The notes: generated from the letters alone by a model not told the origin. A stretch of 63,631 nucleotides of DNA, filler included, from Folioceros fuciformis (GCA_049999805.1; 5 parts of 5 records of this genome joined end to end with filler, not necessarily neighbours in it), one strand, 5' to 3'. Shown: positions 24,583-38,490, numbered from the whole stretch's first letter. Program-made: numbers and translations.

Positions 24583-25173
24583 TTGGATAGAGTATTTTCT
24601 CCTTTTGAAACTGTCTCAGCTCATTTGCGAAAAAAGTGATGCTTTTGGCGCACAGCCTTGAAACGGAGCTGGGCAGTGTCACTGCAAATTTTGAGAACTG
24701 CAACTAGCTGTCTCAACAGATTTATTTGTTCAGTGTGTGATGTAGTACATGTCCTTGCTGTAGAAGGGGGTCGATTCGACAGACGAACCCTCTTGCAAAC
24801 CTTCACAGATTCCAAGCCTGCCTTGCCGGCACATCCGTACCGTCCGATCGAAGCTAGCATCAGTTTAGTAAGATTGTTCATCCATTTCCGTTCTGCAGGA
24901 TGGCCGCCACAATATCGCGCTCTGGGCACAGAGGACGAGGCAATGGCTTGCAAAAACCAATCTGTACATGAGATGGCTGGTCGGACACCAACTGCTTATC
25001 TACAAGATTTGATTATACTTTCTTTACAGACATAACTCTCTTCTATCCAACAGCATATTCACAACCATCCCCTTCCAGAAATACAGAGGCGACCTTTAGG
25101 CTGCCAGCAGGAACATTTCCTACACTATGTACACCGTTGTCAAAGTGGCTGCAGTACTGGCTGCACGAGCTTT

Positions 25174-26295
25174 TCACGCGGAGAAAACCCAGCCACAGTT
25201 TTTCTTCTTCTGAGGGCCATGCTCATCCTCAACATCCATCAAGTCCCATTCATAGTCGTCTGCATCTCCAACATCCACACCATCCCAACTTTCATCGGAG
25301 TCGCTAATCATACCTTGGACATGGACGTCGGAGGCGGAGTGCACCATGGCGTCCGGAAGAGGACGATTTCTCGCTTCCACGCTACCTGCCGCGTTGTTTC
25401 TACCTCGCCCCAGAATGCTGGCCACGAACGATCCAAACGCAGTGGTTCTTGCACCCTGATGAGCCTCAACCTCACTCATTGTGGCCATGAAGTAGTCCCC
25501 ATCCGACTCATCACCAGAGTCCTCCGCCACCGACGTGGTCCGACGACCAATTGGAACACTCTCTGGAGCATTGGTAGAGACCTGACTGCCTTTTCCTGGG
25601 CAACTTCCCACATGGGGCCATTCATCGGCAAGAGTAATATCCTGGCGGGAGTACAAATGTTTCTGCCGGTAGCTACCAACGTTGACGGCCCCGACAGTGC
25701 CAAAGCACAGGGTCTCTGGCACAGGCTCCGAATCACTGCCAGAAGTAGCTTGGAGAGAAGATTCTCCATCAACATGTTCTGGCAAAAAGAGTTCCTCCCA
25801 GTGGAGACCCTTGGTGGCGGCGGAAGCGGAGACCACCTTCTTCAATGGAGACCGCTTCCGTCCGAGAGGCAAAAAGGTGACCGCACCACTTCCCCAGCTA
25901 GGATCGGTTAGTACATCGCTATGATACGCATCATCAGGGCCCTCCGCCACATCCAAACTTTCCTCACACACATCAGAGTTCTCCAACAAATCGAAGCTGT
26001 CCTCGTAATACTTCAGAGCTGCTGTCCACACAGAAGATGGCGACCCCACCTTAACCTTGGGCGTATGGCCCCCCGCTGAGTGCGAGAAAGCCTTCGCTGT
26101 TTCGCACACCCGCCAATCGTGCATAAGATAGTTGGAGTTGATGTCACTCTGCTTCTGCTTCAACTCCCCCTTGCTTTTGCCCATCGATTTGTTCAACGGA
26201 GCGGTATGGCAGCCCCTGCAGCGAGGCGTCTTGCATTTTCCTGTGCGCCTGGTGCGGCTAGTATGCTTGTCTCCAATTTTCCCCTCGCGCCTCAT
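25174..26295 (-). CDS. Plant-specific uncharacterised protein, 373 aa, intronless, with a basic Cys/His N-terminus and acidic C-terminus
   Basis: MRREG..TGKCKTPRCRGCH..P..KS..KSKG..WRV resembles a conserved land-plant family of unknown function. Long open frame. Confidence 0.75.
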   Translation of the reverse strand: MRREGKIGDKHTSRTRRTGKCKTPRCRGCHTAPLNKSMGKSKGELKQKQSDINSNYLMHDWRVCETAKAFSHSAGGHTPKVKVGSPSSVWTAALKYYEDSFDLLENSDVCEESLDVAEGPDDAYHSDVLTDPSWGSGAVTFLPLGRKRSPLKKVVSASAATKGLHWEELFLPEHVDGESSLQATSGSDSEPVPETLCFGTVGAVNVGSYRQKHLYSRQDITLADEWPHVGSCPGKGSQVSTNAPESVPIGRRTTSVAEDSGDESDGDYFMATMSEVEAHQGARTTAFGSFVASILGRGRNNAAGSVEARNRPLPDAMVHSASDVHVQGMISDSDESWDGVDVGDADDYEWDLMDVEDEHGPQKKKNCGWVFSA

Positions 26296-27685
26296 GGCAA
26301 ACGGGCCCGCGTAAACCACAAACAATCCCTCCCTCCCCCGAGGGAACACCAGATCAGCTCCGCCGAGAAGCAACAAGATACAATGGCAGAAGGGAACAGG
26401 CGCTCCTCTCAGAAGGCAGATCGGACGCCCCTAGATCCAACTCGGCACACCTTCAAACCAAGCAAATCAAAATTCCTCCACTCTTTCTAGACACCAGATG
26501 TGCTACCACAAACCCTCGCCGGGTTTCTTGGACGTTAGACCAAGAGGCCCTTGCCCTCTCCTTTCTTCCACGTCCCCTTCACCGTCCCCTTTCCCTCCCG
26601 GATCCCTTCCCCCTGCTGTGCGGTAGCCTGCAACAGCAGAACCCTGTCCACTCACCCCGAAACCGGCGCCTCCCGTCCGCTGCCAAGACAAACACGCCCT
26701 TATGTAAGGAGCAGGCGACTGGGCGGGCAGAGGCCTGGCGCGCGTGTACCTTGACGTGCAAGCAAAGCAAGAAAGAAACGCAAGACAGGGAAGAGGAAAG
26801 AAGAGCAAGACAGGGCTGAGGAAGTTGAGGCAAAGCAAGGGAAGGTAAGGCAGGCCGAAACGAAAGAGAAGCGCAAGAAGGCGGGAGATGCGAGGCAACT
26901 ACACTCCTCTCTCCGCCATGGCTATGAACACAACACGGAGATGCGCTTCCCCGGGGGTCTTCCGCTGCCGTGCCAGTTATCGAATGCGTTTCTGATTGTT
27001 CCGCTTCTTCTCTCATCGTCGGTTAAAGCGACATCTCTTCAACCCGAACCCAACCAACAGGCGTTATAATTCCTTGGCGTTCCGTTGCAGCCGTCCCTGG
27101 CGTGGGGAGCTTTTAGGCCGGTCCCTGCCCTCCGCAACTGCTTCCCGTCAGTTCGTTTTGATGCGGATCCCTTTGTCCTTGTCCAGGATTGGCCTCCGTA
27201 CCGAGCAGACTGTAGATGATGTAAATATCCTCTTTCTAAACACGGTCAGGTGGCTATTGTCGTCCGACACGAATGTCATTCACTAATCAGGGGCATGTAA
27301 ATCCAGGGCATGCTAATCACGGTAAACTTCAGTCATGTCATGCACGTCTCATGTACAGTTTCTCACCATTCGTTGCTGCGACGAATGGCCGTCCCTTGTA
27401 AGCGCTGCCACACATCCTGACAACCACAGACTCTCCGAAACACGTATTGCCACGACTGGCGTACACACTAACATACACACTAAGCACTGGCCGAATTCGA
27501 GGCGTCAAGATTGTGCTTTCCGCCGCTTTCCAGCATATCCACCCTGCTCAACTGTTGCCAGGTTGAGCAGAGTACATACTTCTCGTCGAGTGAGAAGTTC
27601 ACACTTGGAGTCACAGCAGAGAGGCAACAGAGAGTTCACACGAGATTCACCACCTAATTTTTGTGGGTGTGACCGCCGTGGGTCC

Positions 27686-29710
27686 TCATAGTCTCCCCCT
27701 TACAAATGCAGGAGCCATCCATGAACTGATGGACACGGTAGGAGCAAACCCTTGGGACTATGCCTCTCTTTCAACTCTTGGCGTGATCTCACTGGAGCTG
27801 TAGTAGTCACTGCACATGCGTAGACTGCTGGTTACCAGCAGCGGTGTCCCATTCGGAGTGTTGCAAGGGACCAAATGCTAAAGCGAACTTCTCAGCGTGC
27901 CCACAAAGAGCGTCTCTCTTCTCCTTCTCCGACGGTGGCGTCAACACCAACCTTGTGTGTGCTACGTGACCGCCTTCCTCCGTCAGGCGTGCGTTCATGC
28001 TCGTCACCTTGAGGAAAACATCATTCTCTGATCTTCGACCACAAATGTCTTGGACTTGCTTCTTTACCCCCATGCCTGCCACTGCAGGTTTCTTGTTAGC
28101 GCCTGCTCCCAGTCTCCCTGTTTCGATCCTCTCTTCATCTGTCCATCTGCCCGCATCTGCATAGACATAGGACATGAGCACATGTGCGGATGGTTCCTGA
28201 GGGTCCAGTCTGACAATGCATTCGAAACACCCCGTTGCCCTCTCGATATCCCTGTCACTTCTAGACGAACTCAGTAACGACGGTTTAAGCCCATGATTTT
28301 GCTTTCGTCTCCACGTGAAAAGAGCATCTTATCTGCCTCGTCCAAATGGCCAGCATGCCCCACAAGATAAAACCATGCAATTGCAGTAGGCATAATGCCA
28401 TGCTTTTCGACCATGGCATCAAACAGCTTACGACCCTCATTCACTAGTCCCTCGTGAACGCAGGTCACTAAAAGGCAAGCAAGAGTAGCATCTAGAGGTC
28501 TGCAGAATACCCGCAACTAACATGTCCTCAAAACAAGCCAGTGCCTTGTGCCCTTGGCGGCAAGAACCACACCGGTCCGACTTATTAGGGCATTTCATGT
28601 CAACACATCCTTGGTAGCCAGGCTAAGCTGTAAAACACATGGCGTGCATCTTCCAATTCGCCACACTTCGCATGCATTCATGTCCATCAGGCAGCTGCCA
28701 ACTATCAACGTTATCTAGCTGTCTTTGTCCACAATCTGGTGCCTTGCAGCTGCGTCCCCAGCTGTAAGGCACCACAGGCGCTTCCACTGGCCTCGAGAAG
28801 GCAAAAAAGGTAACGCTGTGACAGTCAGCCAGAATCAGGTTCTCAAGCTCCACTTGTGCATACAGGACCGTGCCACTCAGCAGCACATCAGAATGCACCT
28901 CTCACCAGACTCCAAGTCACCCCGCAATTGCACAAGCTCGAAGGGCAGCTACAAAGACGAAATTGTCCGCTTTCATTCCTGACTTTCGCATCTCGTGGGA
29001 CAGCCTTATGGAATCATTCGGCTTTCCACGTTAACATGAGCGGGGATTATGGAACACCACAAGAAGACACTTGGTTTCCGCACCTCATGAACACATCAAT
29101 GGCCTCTTGTAACCTACCTCCAGATGCAGACATCCACAGTACATGGTTCCCATAGAATGCATTTTACTCGTAGCCGACTTGACAGCGAGATCATGAACTC
29201 GTCGCTCCACCACCATGTCCTTCTCGGCTGCAGACAGTTTCAGCCTACAGAGAAACAGAGACTGACAAATTGGACTATCCGTCTGTGCCAACAATTCCAA
29301 GGCTCCAACGGCCTCAGCAAGCTTCCACCGCAGGCATAACATGCTCACGGTTACGGCCGATAACCACATGTCCGGTGGCACAGGCCTGCCAGGCTCAGGC
29401 TCCTCCGGAAAGCTCGACTTGGAAGAAGGGGCGCACCATCACCCATCTGCATATGCAAAGCAATGAGCTGCTCACCCACCCACGCACGCTTGCTCGAACG
29501 TGTTGTCCCACCAGATGACCTTCCCGGACCACTTATGCCGGAAGTCAGGAGAACGGCAGCTCTTCTCATCTCGCCTGTTGTCCTCCCAACTGCTAGGATC
29601 CAGAAAAAAGTTGTCGCCACAAGCGCTCCTGCTCCTGCTCCTGGTGACGACCATCGCTGCCAGTAGATTCTCTGGGAAGTGCTGGACGGTTTCTTAAACT
29701 GCTGCACCTC
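27686..29710 (-). pseudogene. PLS-class PPR pseudogene with E and DYW:KP (GRP-type) domain
   Basis: HEGLVNEGRKLFDAM..GHAGHLDEA; YADAGRW..KKPAVA; LCGHAEKFALAFG; LRMCSDY; YRVHQFMDGSCICK then GRL* after a 1-nt shift. Many frameshifts and stops. Confidence 0.85.
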
Positions 29711-30405
29711 GAGGAGTGGCTATTTACCTGACGCTGACTCCCTAAAGCCAGGTGTGCAGGAGCTGCTCGTAGAACCCCTGGAAGCCCAACAATTTGGTCC
29801 ACAAGGGATCCAGTCACCATGATGTGGCCATAATACAGGCACCACTCACGGAGAAGATTGAGACGCAGGAAATGCAGAGTATGAAGGGACTGACTGTTTC
29901 AATTTCGTCGTTCGGCCACCGCCTAAGAAGCACAGAGCTTCCTCGGGCCCTTGTTGTGACAAACGCACTCTCTTCTCCCCTCACCGCTTACCTTGAACCT
30001 GTGGCAACCACATATTCTTGCGCCAGTGTGAAGCTTCCGATGAAGACGATGGGCATGCTCAAGGCTTCCTCAGCATGGCAACAGTGATTATGATTATGGC
30101 TAGATGGCCCCCACGCTGAACATAGAAGGATGTTGTAGGACGGTGTCACAATGATGGATCACCGTTGGTCGACACACACATACGCATTTTCATTTATGTA
30201 CAGTTATGTATGGTAGAGTTATGAAAAATCGGAAAAGACAATTGAAGACCTAACCAAGTTAAGGGGTCGCAGTGAGATCGACTGTAGCTGCTTTCTTCGA
30301 CTTGCCGCTTCTGCGCTCACTCCAATCTGGGCCGCCTTAACAAGAGCTCGATCAGCTGAGGCCGACTGGCCAGGGCTACCTCCGTCTCCCTTGACTTGCC
30401 ACACC

Positions 30406-32516
30406 ATGGCGACCGCGTTGTTCAAGGTCCCGGAAGTGCCTGAGAATCCAGATGGTTGGGGTCCTCCGGAAAACTTGCCTCTGCAAAATCCTCTAGGGAA
30501 CTTCCCGTTCGCTCCGACATCCATGTCCGAGAAGCTGGGCAGGGCAGCGGACTGGACACGGGTCGGGGCTGCCCGCCCCCTTCCTGGCAGGGGAGCCGAG
30601 TACAGTGTTTTTGATTTTGTTTTCGACAGGGCGGAAGAGGAGACTTTCCAGCTGGTTGATGGCCGCCCCATCTCTCGGCCCAAATTTGGACCTCGATGGA
30701 AGTACCAAAACAGGCCTCAGCTGCCTCAACGTAAGGACGAGGAGCTCGAGTCAAGGAAGAGGGAGGCTGAGAAGGAGAAGCAGCGGCGGGATCGTTTCTA
30801 CTATCAGAGGACCTTGCAGCGAAGGTAGGCTTTTATATGTTTTCCACATCTGTAGGGAATTATTGCCGAAACGGCGTTCTGGTTCTCATGGTGGCCACCC
30901 TTGCAGGGAAGCTTCGGTGTACCGCAGCTCTGTGGATATCCAGCCGGAATGGAGTATGCTTGAACAGATTCCGTTCAATACCTTCAGCAAGCTCAGCTTC
31001 CATGTGGGAGAACCCGAAGACCTCGTTACTTGCGGCGCACTTGAACCCTATGATAAGACCTTCGACCGTATCACACCGAAGAACGAGAAGCGCCTGGAGC
31101 GAATTAAGAATCGAAGTTTCTATAAGGTATGACGTCTTGTTGCCGACTATCAGTTGGCGATGGAGGGCTTTGTTTCTCTACCAAACTCTCTTTTTTCCAG
31201 TGTAGGTCTGGCCGGAGGCAGTCATGTTGGGTACAGTCTGTGGTAAATGCGGTAACGGTATCATCTGCAGTAGAGGTTGCTGACCAGGAGTGGTCTTGCG
31301 TTGCGGCTGCAGGTTACAACTACTGATGACCCAGTCATTCGACGGCTGGCGAGTGAGGACTTGGCAACAGTCTTTGCCACCGATGCTATATTGGCAACAC
31401 TCATGTGTGCTCCACGTTCTGTTTACTCTTGGGACATAGTGGTACAAAGGGTCGGAAATAAGCTATTTTTTGACAAGAGGGATTCATCTCAGCTTGATCT
31501 GGTGGCTGTCAACGAGACCAGTACTGAACCACTACCTGAGAACAAGGAAGACATCAACTCTGCCCACTCCCTGAGCGTTGAAGCTGCTTACATCAACCAA
31601 AACTTTTCTCAGCAGGTAAGCTAATGTGGCCTGGTTCAACAGTCATGTTTTCCCTTGGCTGTGGTTGAAACTTGATGATTCGTGCTCTGATGTATGTTGC
31701 TGACTAAAACTGCTATTCAGGTTCTTGTCAAAGACGGTGAAAAATATGAGTTCCAAGAGCCAAATCCATTTGCCAGTGAGGGAGAGGAGGTTGCGTCCGT
31801 TGCCTATCGATATCGTAAATGGAGACTTGACTCCGAAATTTCGTTAGTGGCGAGGTGTGAGCTTAATGGTTACATGCACACCAAAGGAGCTGATTCTTTC
31901 ATGGCAATTTATGCTCTAAACGAGTTTGACCCTAAGCTTACCGGTATATTTCTCACTTGTGTTCGTGTTTCAGCCAGTTGTATGGTGATGGATTGTTGAC
32001 GTTATTTTCTTTGTAAAAGCAGGTGTGGACTGGCGCCAGAAACTGGACACTCAGAGAGGAGCTGTTCTTGCAACGGAGTTGAAGAACAATGCGAATAAGC
32101 TTGCCAAATGGACGGCTCAAGCTATCCTGGCTGGTGCTGACGTGATGAAGTTGGGTTATGTTTCTCGTTTCCACCCAAGGGATCACTTCAACCACGCTAT
32201 ACTTGCTGTACAAGGGTACAAGCCCAGGGAATTCGCGTCACAGATAAATCTCAGCACCAGCAACATGTGGGGCATTGTGAAATCGATTGTGGAAGTTTGC
32301 TTAAAGCTTGATGAAGGGAAGTATGTCCTCGTTAAGGACCCATCGAAGCCTCAGGTTCGCCTTTATGAGGTCCCGGCGGATGCTTTTGAGAATGATTATG
32401 TGGAGGAGCCGCTGCCTGAAGAGGAACAGCTTCCCCCGCCTCCTGCCGAAGACGACACGGCTGCTGAAGCTGCGGCGAAGGCAAGTGATGAGAGGGATGT
32501 GGAGACGGAAGTTTAG
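30406..32516 (+). CDS. eIF3d: Eukaryotic translation initiation factor 3 subunit D (multi-exon)
   Basis: [96 protein letters not shown]. Confidence 0.96.
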
Positions 32517-32939
32517 ATGTAGAGTTTAGACTTAACTCTCAAATTTTGGTTGTTAGCGTTTCCACCTTGTGGGCCTTCTTGGATGAAGGAATGGGTGTCT
32601 GGCAGCATCATCGCGAGCTTTTTTTCTTCTGGAGTACCGAGTCGGGTTGTTTATTTTAAGAGTTGACGGCCTGGGGAGCGGCCTGTAGTCACCTAGCTAG
32701 GGCAACAATTTCGCCCTGTAGAGCGAAAATTCCTTTTCCTTCAGTTAACATGTCATAGTTTCCGTTCACTGTGATTGGAGACTATGTTGTGCTTTCAAAT
32801 TGGAGACTATGTTGTGCTTTCAAAGAATCCCCTCGTTGGCCGTGGGCATTCATGCCAACGTCAACCCGTTGCACCCCGAGCGGATGAGATACCTAACTCT
32901 GCGAGTTTTCAGCGAGAGTAAGTTCTACAGGTACTAAAC

Positions 32940-33043
32940 AAGGAATGCCTTACACTCCTTGTCTTACCGAACGTACAAAGAATGCCTTACACTCCTTGTC
33001 TTACCGAACGTACAAGGAATGCCTTACACCCCTTGACTTACCG
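32940..33043. repeat. Tandem repeat of about 38 bp between convergent 3' ends; a 25-bp duplication lies at 32774-32823
   Basis: GAATGCCTTACACTCCTTGTCTTACCGAACGTACAA, about 3 copies. Confidence 0.85.
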
Positions 33044-33221
33044 CAACTATCTTTGTGTACAGAGCTGTCCGCGGCCGACCCCAGATTAGGAGCACGGAAG
33101 AGAAGAGCTTAGAAGCGCGTGAGCATGTAGGTTGGGAGGTTAGGCACCCAAGAATGAGCCATCACAAAGAATTAACAGGCTATAACTGACGCCTACGGCA
33201 CCGACGTTAAAAAAAAAAGAA

Positions 33222-34674
33222 TTAAGGCAAGCGTTCAATTGCGTCCTTGATGGCCCTCTGGAACTCCTTGCTATGAAGAATGAAAGAAGAGACATGCCCT
33301 CCTGTGACCCATCGAACCTCTGAGCCGGGCCACGCCTTTTGAAGTTCCAAGGCAGAGTGCTTTGGAATGAAGCCATCATCCTGCACGAAGGAAAACAAAG
33401 AGATGCAGTGCCGAAATGAGGTCCGACCCCGCCACAGATCTATTAATGGCCACAGAGAAGGAAATGAGTACCGTGGCAGCAACGACGATGACGGAACGAG
33501 GACTTTTGGGGATGCCAAATCTTGTGACGTCCGTAAGAGACAAGACGGTGCGCATGCGCTCTCGAACCTGCTCCATGCTCACACCAAGATTTGTCATGCG
33601 AACGGCATCTTGCATCAGGGCATCCCAGGCCGTACCATGTTGCAGAATTCCCTCACAAAAGGCTACGGCAGCTGAGTGCGGAGCCAGCAACGGCAACACA
33701 GCCAGTGGCTCTGGGTGCAAACATCCCACCATAGCCGCATGCACACCGCCTGCATCCGGTGCCGTCTCAGCGATGACCATACGAGGCAAAATCGCACTGC
33801 AAGGAAGGTAGAAAAGAGATATTACAACCGTACCCATGCTTAGACCACAGACGCCAAGCTTGGCAAACCCTGCATCTCTGTCCATCCAGTGGAGTAGAGA
33901 GCGGGCCTCTTCAATGGTTGCCCTTCCCAACAGGAAGAGATCACTCACGCAGCGTAGTTTGGCCCCAAACTGCAGCTTGGGCCTCCTGTTCCCATAGAAG
34001 GGACTGCAACACAACGCCTGTGCACTCTGGTGATCCAGACAGATCCGGAGATGGCAACAAGGAAGGATTGGAAACAAGGACGTGTTCGAGGTTCCAACTG
34101 TGGCCAGCTATCTCACCTTTCAAGAACCATCGTGGCAATGTTATCTTTCAGCAGGGGGCTCCCAAGCCTCAAGCGCCGGTTGAAGCCATGATCACCTGTG
34201 CCTGCGAGGCAGGAGCCGAGGGTTACAACCAGTAGCCGAATGAAGCACGCTTCTTCGTGAAGAGCAGGGCAGATTGGAGACTGTACCTGCCAAGTGTAGC
34301 ACGCAATGCGTGGTTTCTCTTGCAACATGCCGTGGGGTGAGAAGCTGCACCCTGGCCAGATGGCTCTCCACGGGTAAGGCTCGTTTAAGCTGCTCATCAC
34401 AGGGCGTCACGAACACGCCCTCCTCCAGCACCGCGGTCCGAGACATCCACACGGTCCTCCACTTGGGCCGCACTGCCACACGAGGACTTTGCGGAATGGA
34501 CACCTGAGCAAGTCCGTGCGAAAGGAGCTGCCTGGTCAGCTGTTCCAGCATCACCAGATTTGAGCCTCCCCATCCCCTGGAGAAAAACGGTGGCGACAAG
34601 CGCAGCCTGTGCATAAATATGCCATACACATGGTCCAACCAATAGTGGGCGGTGCCCAGATTGATGGCCACCAT
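33222..34674 (-). CDS. ABHD18/DUF2048-like alpha/beta hydrolase (multi-exon)
   Basis: PPFFSRGWGG; HLAG|TGDHGFNRRLRLG; SPFYGNRRP; nucleophile motif GLSMG; DDGFIP..WPGSEVRWVTGGHVSSF. Confidence 0.9.
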
Positions 34675-35458
34675 CGTTGTCGACCACGCGCCCTGGATCC
34701 CTCCTGCTCCGATCAGCAGCCTTGCATGCTAGGTTTCCCGGATGCTCCCACCATCCATCGATCTCACGCGCTCCATCTGTAGTGAGCAGATGGCAGGAAA
34801 TTGAAATGTCCTGGACGTCGTATTGCCGACTCCCAAAAGGACAGCGAAACAACACAGACTGTCCCAGACGGATAGCCCCGAAGACTGCCCAGGGGACCGT
34901 GGCTCTTGAGCACACGAGGGAGTCCAGGGGCTCATGTCTTGAGACAGACGATCCACTCAGAGCAACGTCCGCCCGCGCGTGCGGGACACATTCCAGGTTG
35001 GTAGACATACAGGTACAACAGGAGAATCTTCATATCCGTGCTGGCCAGATTCAAGGTGGGTCCAACTCCAGGCCGACCAGGATAAGCAAAAGTTGTCCTA
35101 CACTAGCCATCGGTGACTGTCCCTAGGGAAATCAAGTTAAGTTTGAAGAGAGGAATGACAGCACCATCCTCTACTAATATCCATTCTCTTTCATGCTTTG
35201 CTTCTTGCAAACCATGGACCGACGAGAAGGAAAGGTACAAATCACCGAGGAACCAAATACAAGACTTATACAGCAAAGGCGGACAGAATAGGAGAATTCA
35301 CAGACCCACCGCTAACCCGACATTGAGATCCTTTTCAGCGCAGAGTTCCTGACACGGTTGGCCGTGCCCCGTCCTTGTCAACAGATTATAGGCCAGCAGT
35401 ACGCAAAGATATAAGAAGCTCAGCCGGAAGTCGAAATCCAGTACAACCGGCCCCATCG

Positions 35459-37724
35459 TCAAGGTGTTCTAGTCGGACGTAGGTCTATCTGTACATAGGA
35501 AGCTTTAGTAGCTCCCTGGTGTGGGGCAGTTTTCTGCTCTTTGTGCTTGCCGTCATGGCTGCTTGGCTTCGCCACTTCACCTTGCTGTGGTCCAGATGAC
35601 TCCTTTTCAGATTGCACATGCACTGCTGTATCTTCAGGAGGAAACATACTGTGTAGACGCCTCAGAATAAGCTCAAAACTAGTGAACGTGATGACAGCAG
35701 CAGGTGTGGTACGCAGTAAATTTGTTCCACAACCTCTGTAGAATCCTGTGATTCCTTCCTCCACAGCTATCTTTTTTATGCAATCAACAAGTCCTGCGTA
35801 TCTGGGTTGTACTGCCTTTGAATGACCTTGTTCCTGTAATCTTGTCCTCACAACCTATGTCAAAGATGTGCTCTATTAATTGTGACGCATGGGGTAACCC
35901 ACATTACTGGAAACGACCAATTGGGCTTACAACCCATAACCAACGTGTAGGCCTTTACCTCGTGAGGATACGTTAGTGTTGAAGCTGTGACTTTGGAGAT
36001 GGATGACGCAAGGGCAACATGACCAGGACTCAGCTTATCTGATGTTGTTCCGTCTGCAGCACAGGTTGTGTAGGTCACAAACTTTGTATACAATTTGTAG
36101 CTGGTAGTAGACATGAGTATACGCCTAGTTGACAGTGTAAACGTGGCCAGCAGCGGGTGTTATATCTATGACACACGCACCTTGTTCGGCAAGATAGTCT
36201 TTCATCTTCTCATACACAGGGAATTGTATGGCAACATGACTGATTCCTGCTAACGCTGGTACTAGGCCACTGCGGTCATTCCACAATAAGCTTCGATTAT
36301 CAGTTGAAGCTCTCAGAGAGCAACTACGAATCGTTAACTTGTGGTGCTCTCCACATCATCATAGAACTGGTTGCCCAAACACAAGCCCACCTGTAAAGCC
36401 CTCTTACGCCCTCTTCCCTGAAAATTCGAATGAGGGCCGAAAAAGTTCCATTGTAGGGCACCAACTCTGGCCTCAGGCGCTGAGTCTGTCAGAAGCGTTC
36501 AGTTATCAACCCAAATTTTTAGAAAACCAACAGCAACCCCCTCCATGGAAAGCAAAAAAAACTTCCCATATTGCAATGCAGTCGAAGACAAACGTTAGCT
36601 TCAGGCATGTAGCAGGTGCCTCATGCCAAACGGCGACAAAGGGAGCAAAGACGAGCGCAGCAAGTTTTCACACCAAGCTCCTACCCTGATTTTGAACTAA
36701 AAGCTATCACCAACCTGAAGGCGAGTCTTTACCACCCAAAGGGGATTGGTGGCAAGTATTGTGGCCGCCCCAGCACCCGCGGCAGCTAAGGCGTTTGCGG
36801 GAATGGAAAGCTTTTCGCTTTTGCCTCCATTGGAATCACCTGCAATGCTAGTGTAAGAACGAATGCCATGATCAAAACTCGTCTGGAAATGCCCGAACGA
36901 ACAGAGTGATATGAAGACTGCGAGCTCACCATTCGTAAATACTTCTTCTGCTTGTAATATGTGCTTCAACTGGTCATACACAGAAAAATAAACCTGGACA
37001 GACGATATTACGATTTGCAAATGAGGAACTATACAAACTTTCTCCTCGACAGGAGAATGTGAGAATAGATCAAGATGGAAGAAACGGAGTAGCAGGGTAT
37101 ACCGCCCAATTTGGCAGCAACGCAACCATAGTAGGAGACAAGCCACGATAAAGACCCTTGACACCCTCATCCCTGAAAATTTGCCCCAAGTTCGCAGCAA
37201 TAATCCCTCCTGCTTGGGCAGAGGAATAAAGGCAATAAGGACAAAAAGAATTACAAAACTGGCACGTAGATAGTTGTCGGAAATCCTGTCACGCCACCTT
37301 TCACTGCTGTCAACTTGGCTGGCAAGCGCTGAACTTGCAGCCGGGTTTTGACGACATCGAGTGGGCAGACAAACGTTGCTGCAATCGCCCCTACAGGCCA
37401 AGGAGAAGGGTAAAAATTCAGCATCGAGGGTCAGAAATTGGAGGCAAAACCTACGGACTGGAACACAAAACCAAGTGTGGACCTCGAACAGAGCCACCAA
37501 ACGCCAACTGCCTGTTTCCGCTCCAGGAACGAAGGCACCCACTCAAGCCCCGTCCACCAGGCAGCTCAAGTGCACACTACATTTCACTGCTCCCTAGGTG
37601 GTTTAGGGAAAGGGGAGCACAGGGGCAAGCAGAAGCAGAATGACACACCCGCCCCAGCGCCCGCGGCGGCGTTGAACAGCTTGGAGCGCTGATCATCAGG
37701 CATATCTTCAATCCTCTTGCTCAT
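35459..37724 (-). CDS. NDT: Mitochondrial-carrier-family NAD+ transporter (NDT1/NDT2-like), multi-exon
   Basis: [106 protein letters not shown]. Confidence 0.92.
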
Positions 37725-38490
37725 GAGTGGGATATCGCTCGCACCCAACCCGGCAAGCGCGTGGGCCTGGACCTGCCCCGGTGCCGCATGTATGTCTGGC
37801 TAAGTGCAACGGCAGCGACGCATCCCCACGCCCCGACCACACGCGCCAACACTCCAATCCCACGCTGCTCCGGTCAAGGCGCCCGCATTGCAGCGATCTG
37901 GTCCAAATTCAGGCAGCGGAAGCTCCCGCCCTCTCCCCGGGCTCCCTACAGCTGCCGCGAATCTTCCAAAGGATCGCGGGAGCCGGGCAGCAGAGTTCAG
38001 GCCCAAACTCGGCTTCACAGTCGCGTCGAGACCAGTCGCCTGGCTGCCGCAGCCTGCGAGGCCCTGCAACAGATGCTAGGGCATGCCCGCGTACAAGAGG
38101 CCGGGCACCAGGCCTAGAGCTCCCTGCGGTCCCCACTCATCCTCAATTCACAGCTAGAGGATTGAGTGTTGAGAGCGCCGCGAATGCAACTCCAGGTGGC
38201 GCCCCGAGTGCTGCGTCAGTTCGGGATTCTGGAATCCCGCCTCCACATTGCGCCTCTCTGCACTGTTTTACGTAACCGGGCGAGGCCACCACTCGCTTAT
38301 TCCTACAGGCAATTCTGTTATCCTGCAGTTTGGTTAGATTGGTTAGGGTTTGAGCGCAGAGCGCACAGAGTTTATGGGAAAGTGTATGTAGCTGCTCTTC
38401 TTGCGCCGTCATCGGCGTAGAGCCCGAGGCGCGAATCGCTATGCGCGTGTCTGGTTTACGTTGTTAATCCAGGTCGGCGACGGCAATACC

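Noticed and set aside
25219-25911. Long antisense or overlapping ORFs (also 47799-48311 and 34397-35008)
   Set aside because: Shadow ORFs of GC-rich coding or UTR sequence, with no recognisable motifs.
37649-37724. Possible programmed +1 frameshift near the NAD-carrier start, suggested by CCTGATGA followed by a GC-rich stem
   Set aside because: Careful re-reading shows ATG CCT GAT GAT CAG is in frame with NAAAGAGAG, so no frameshift is needed.
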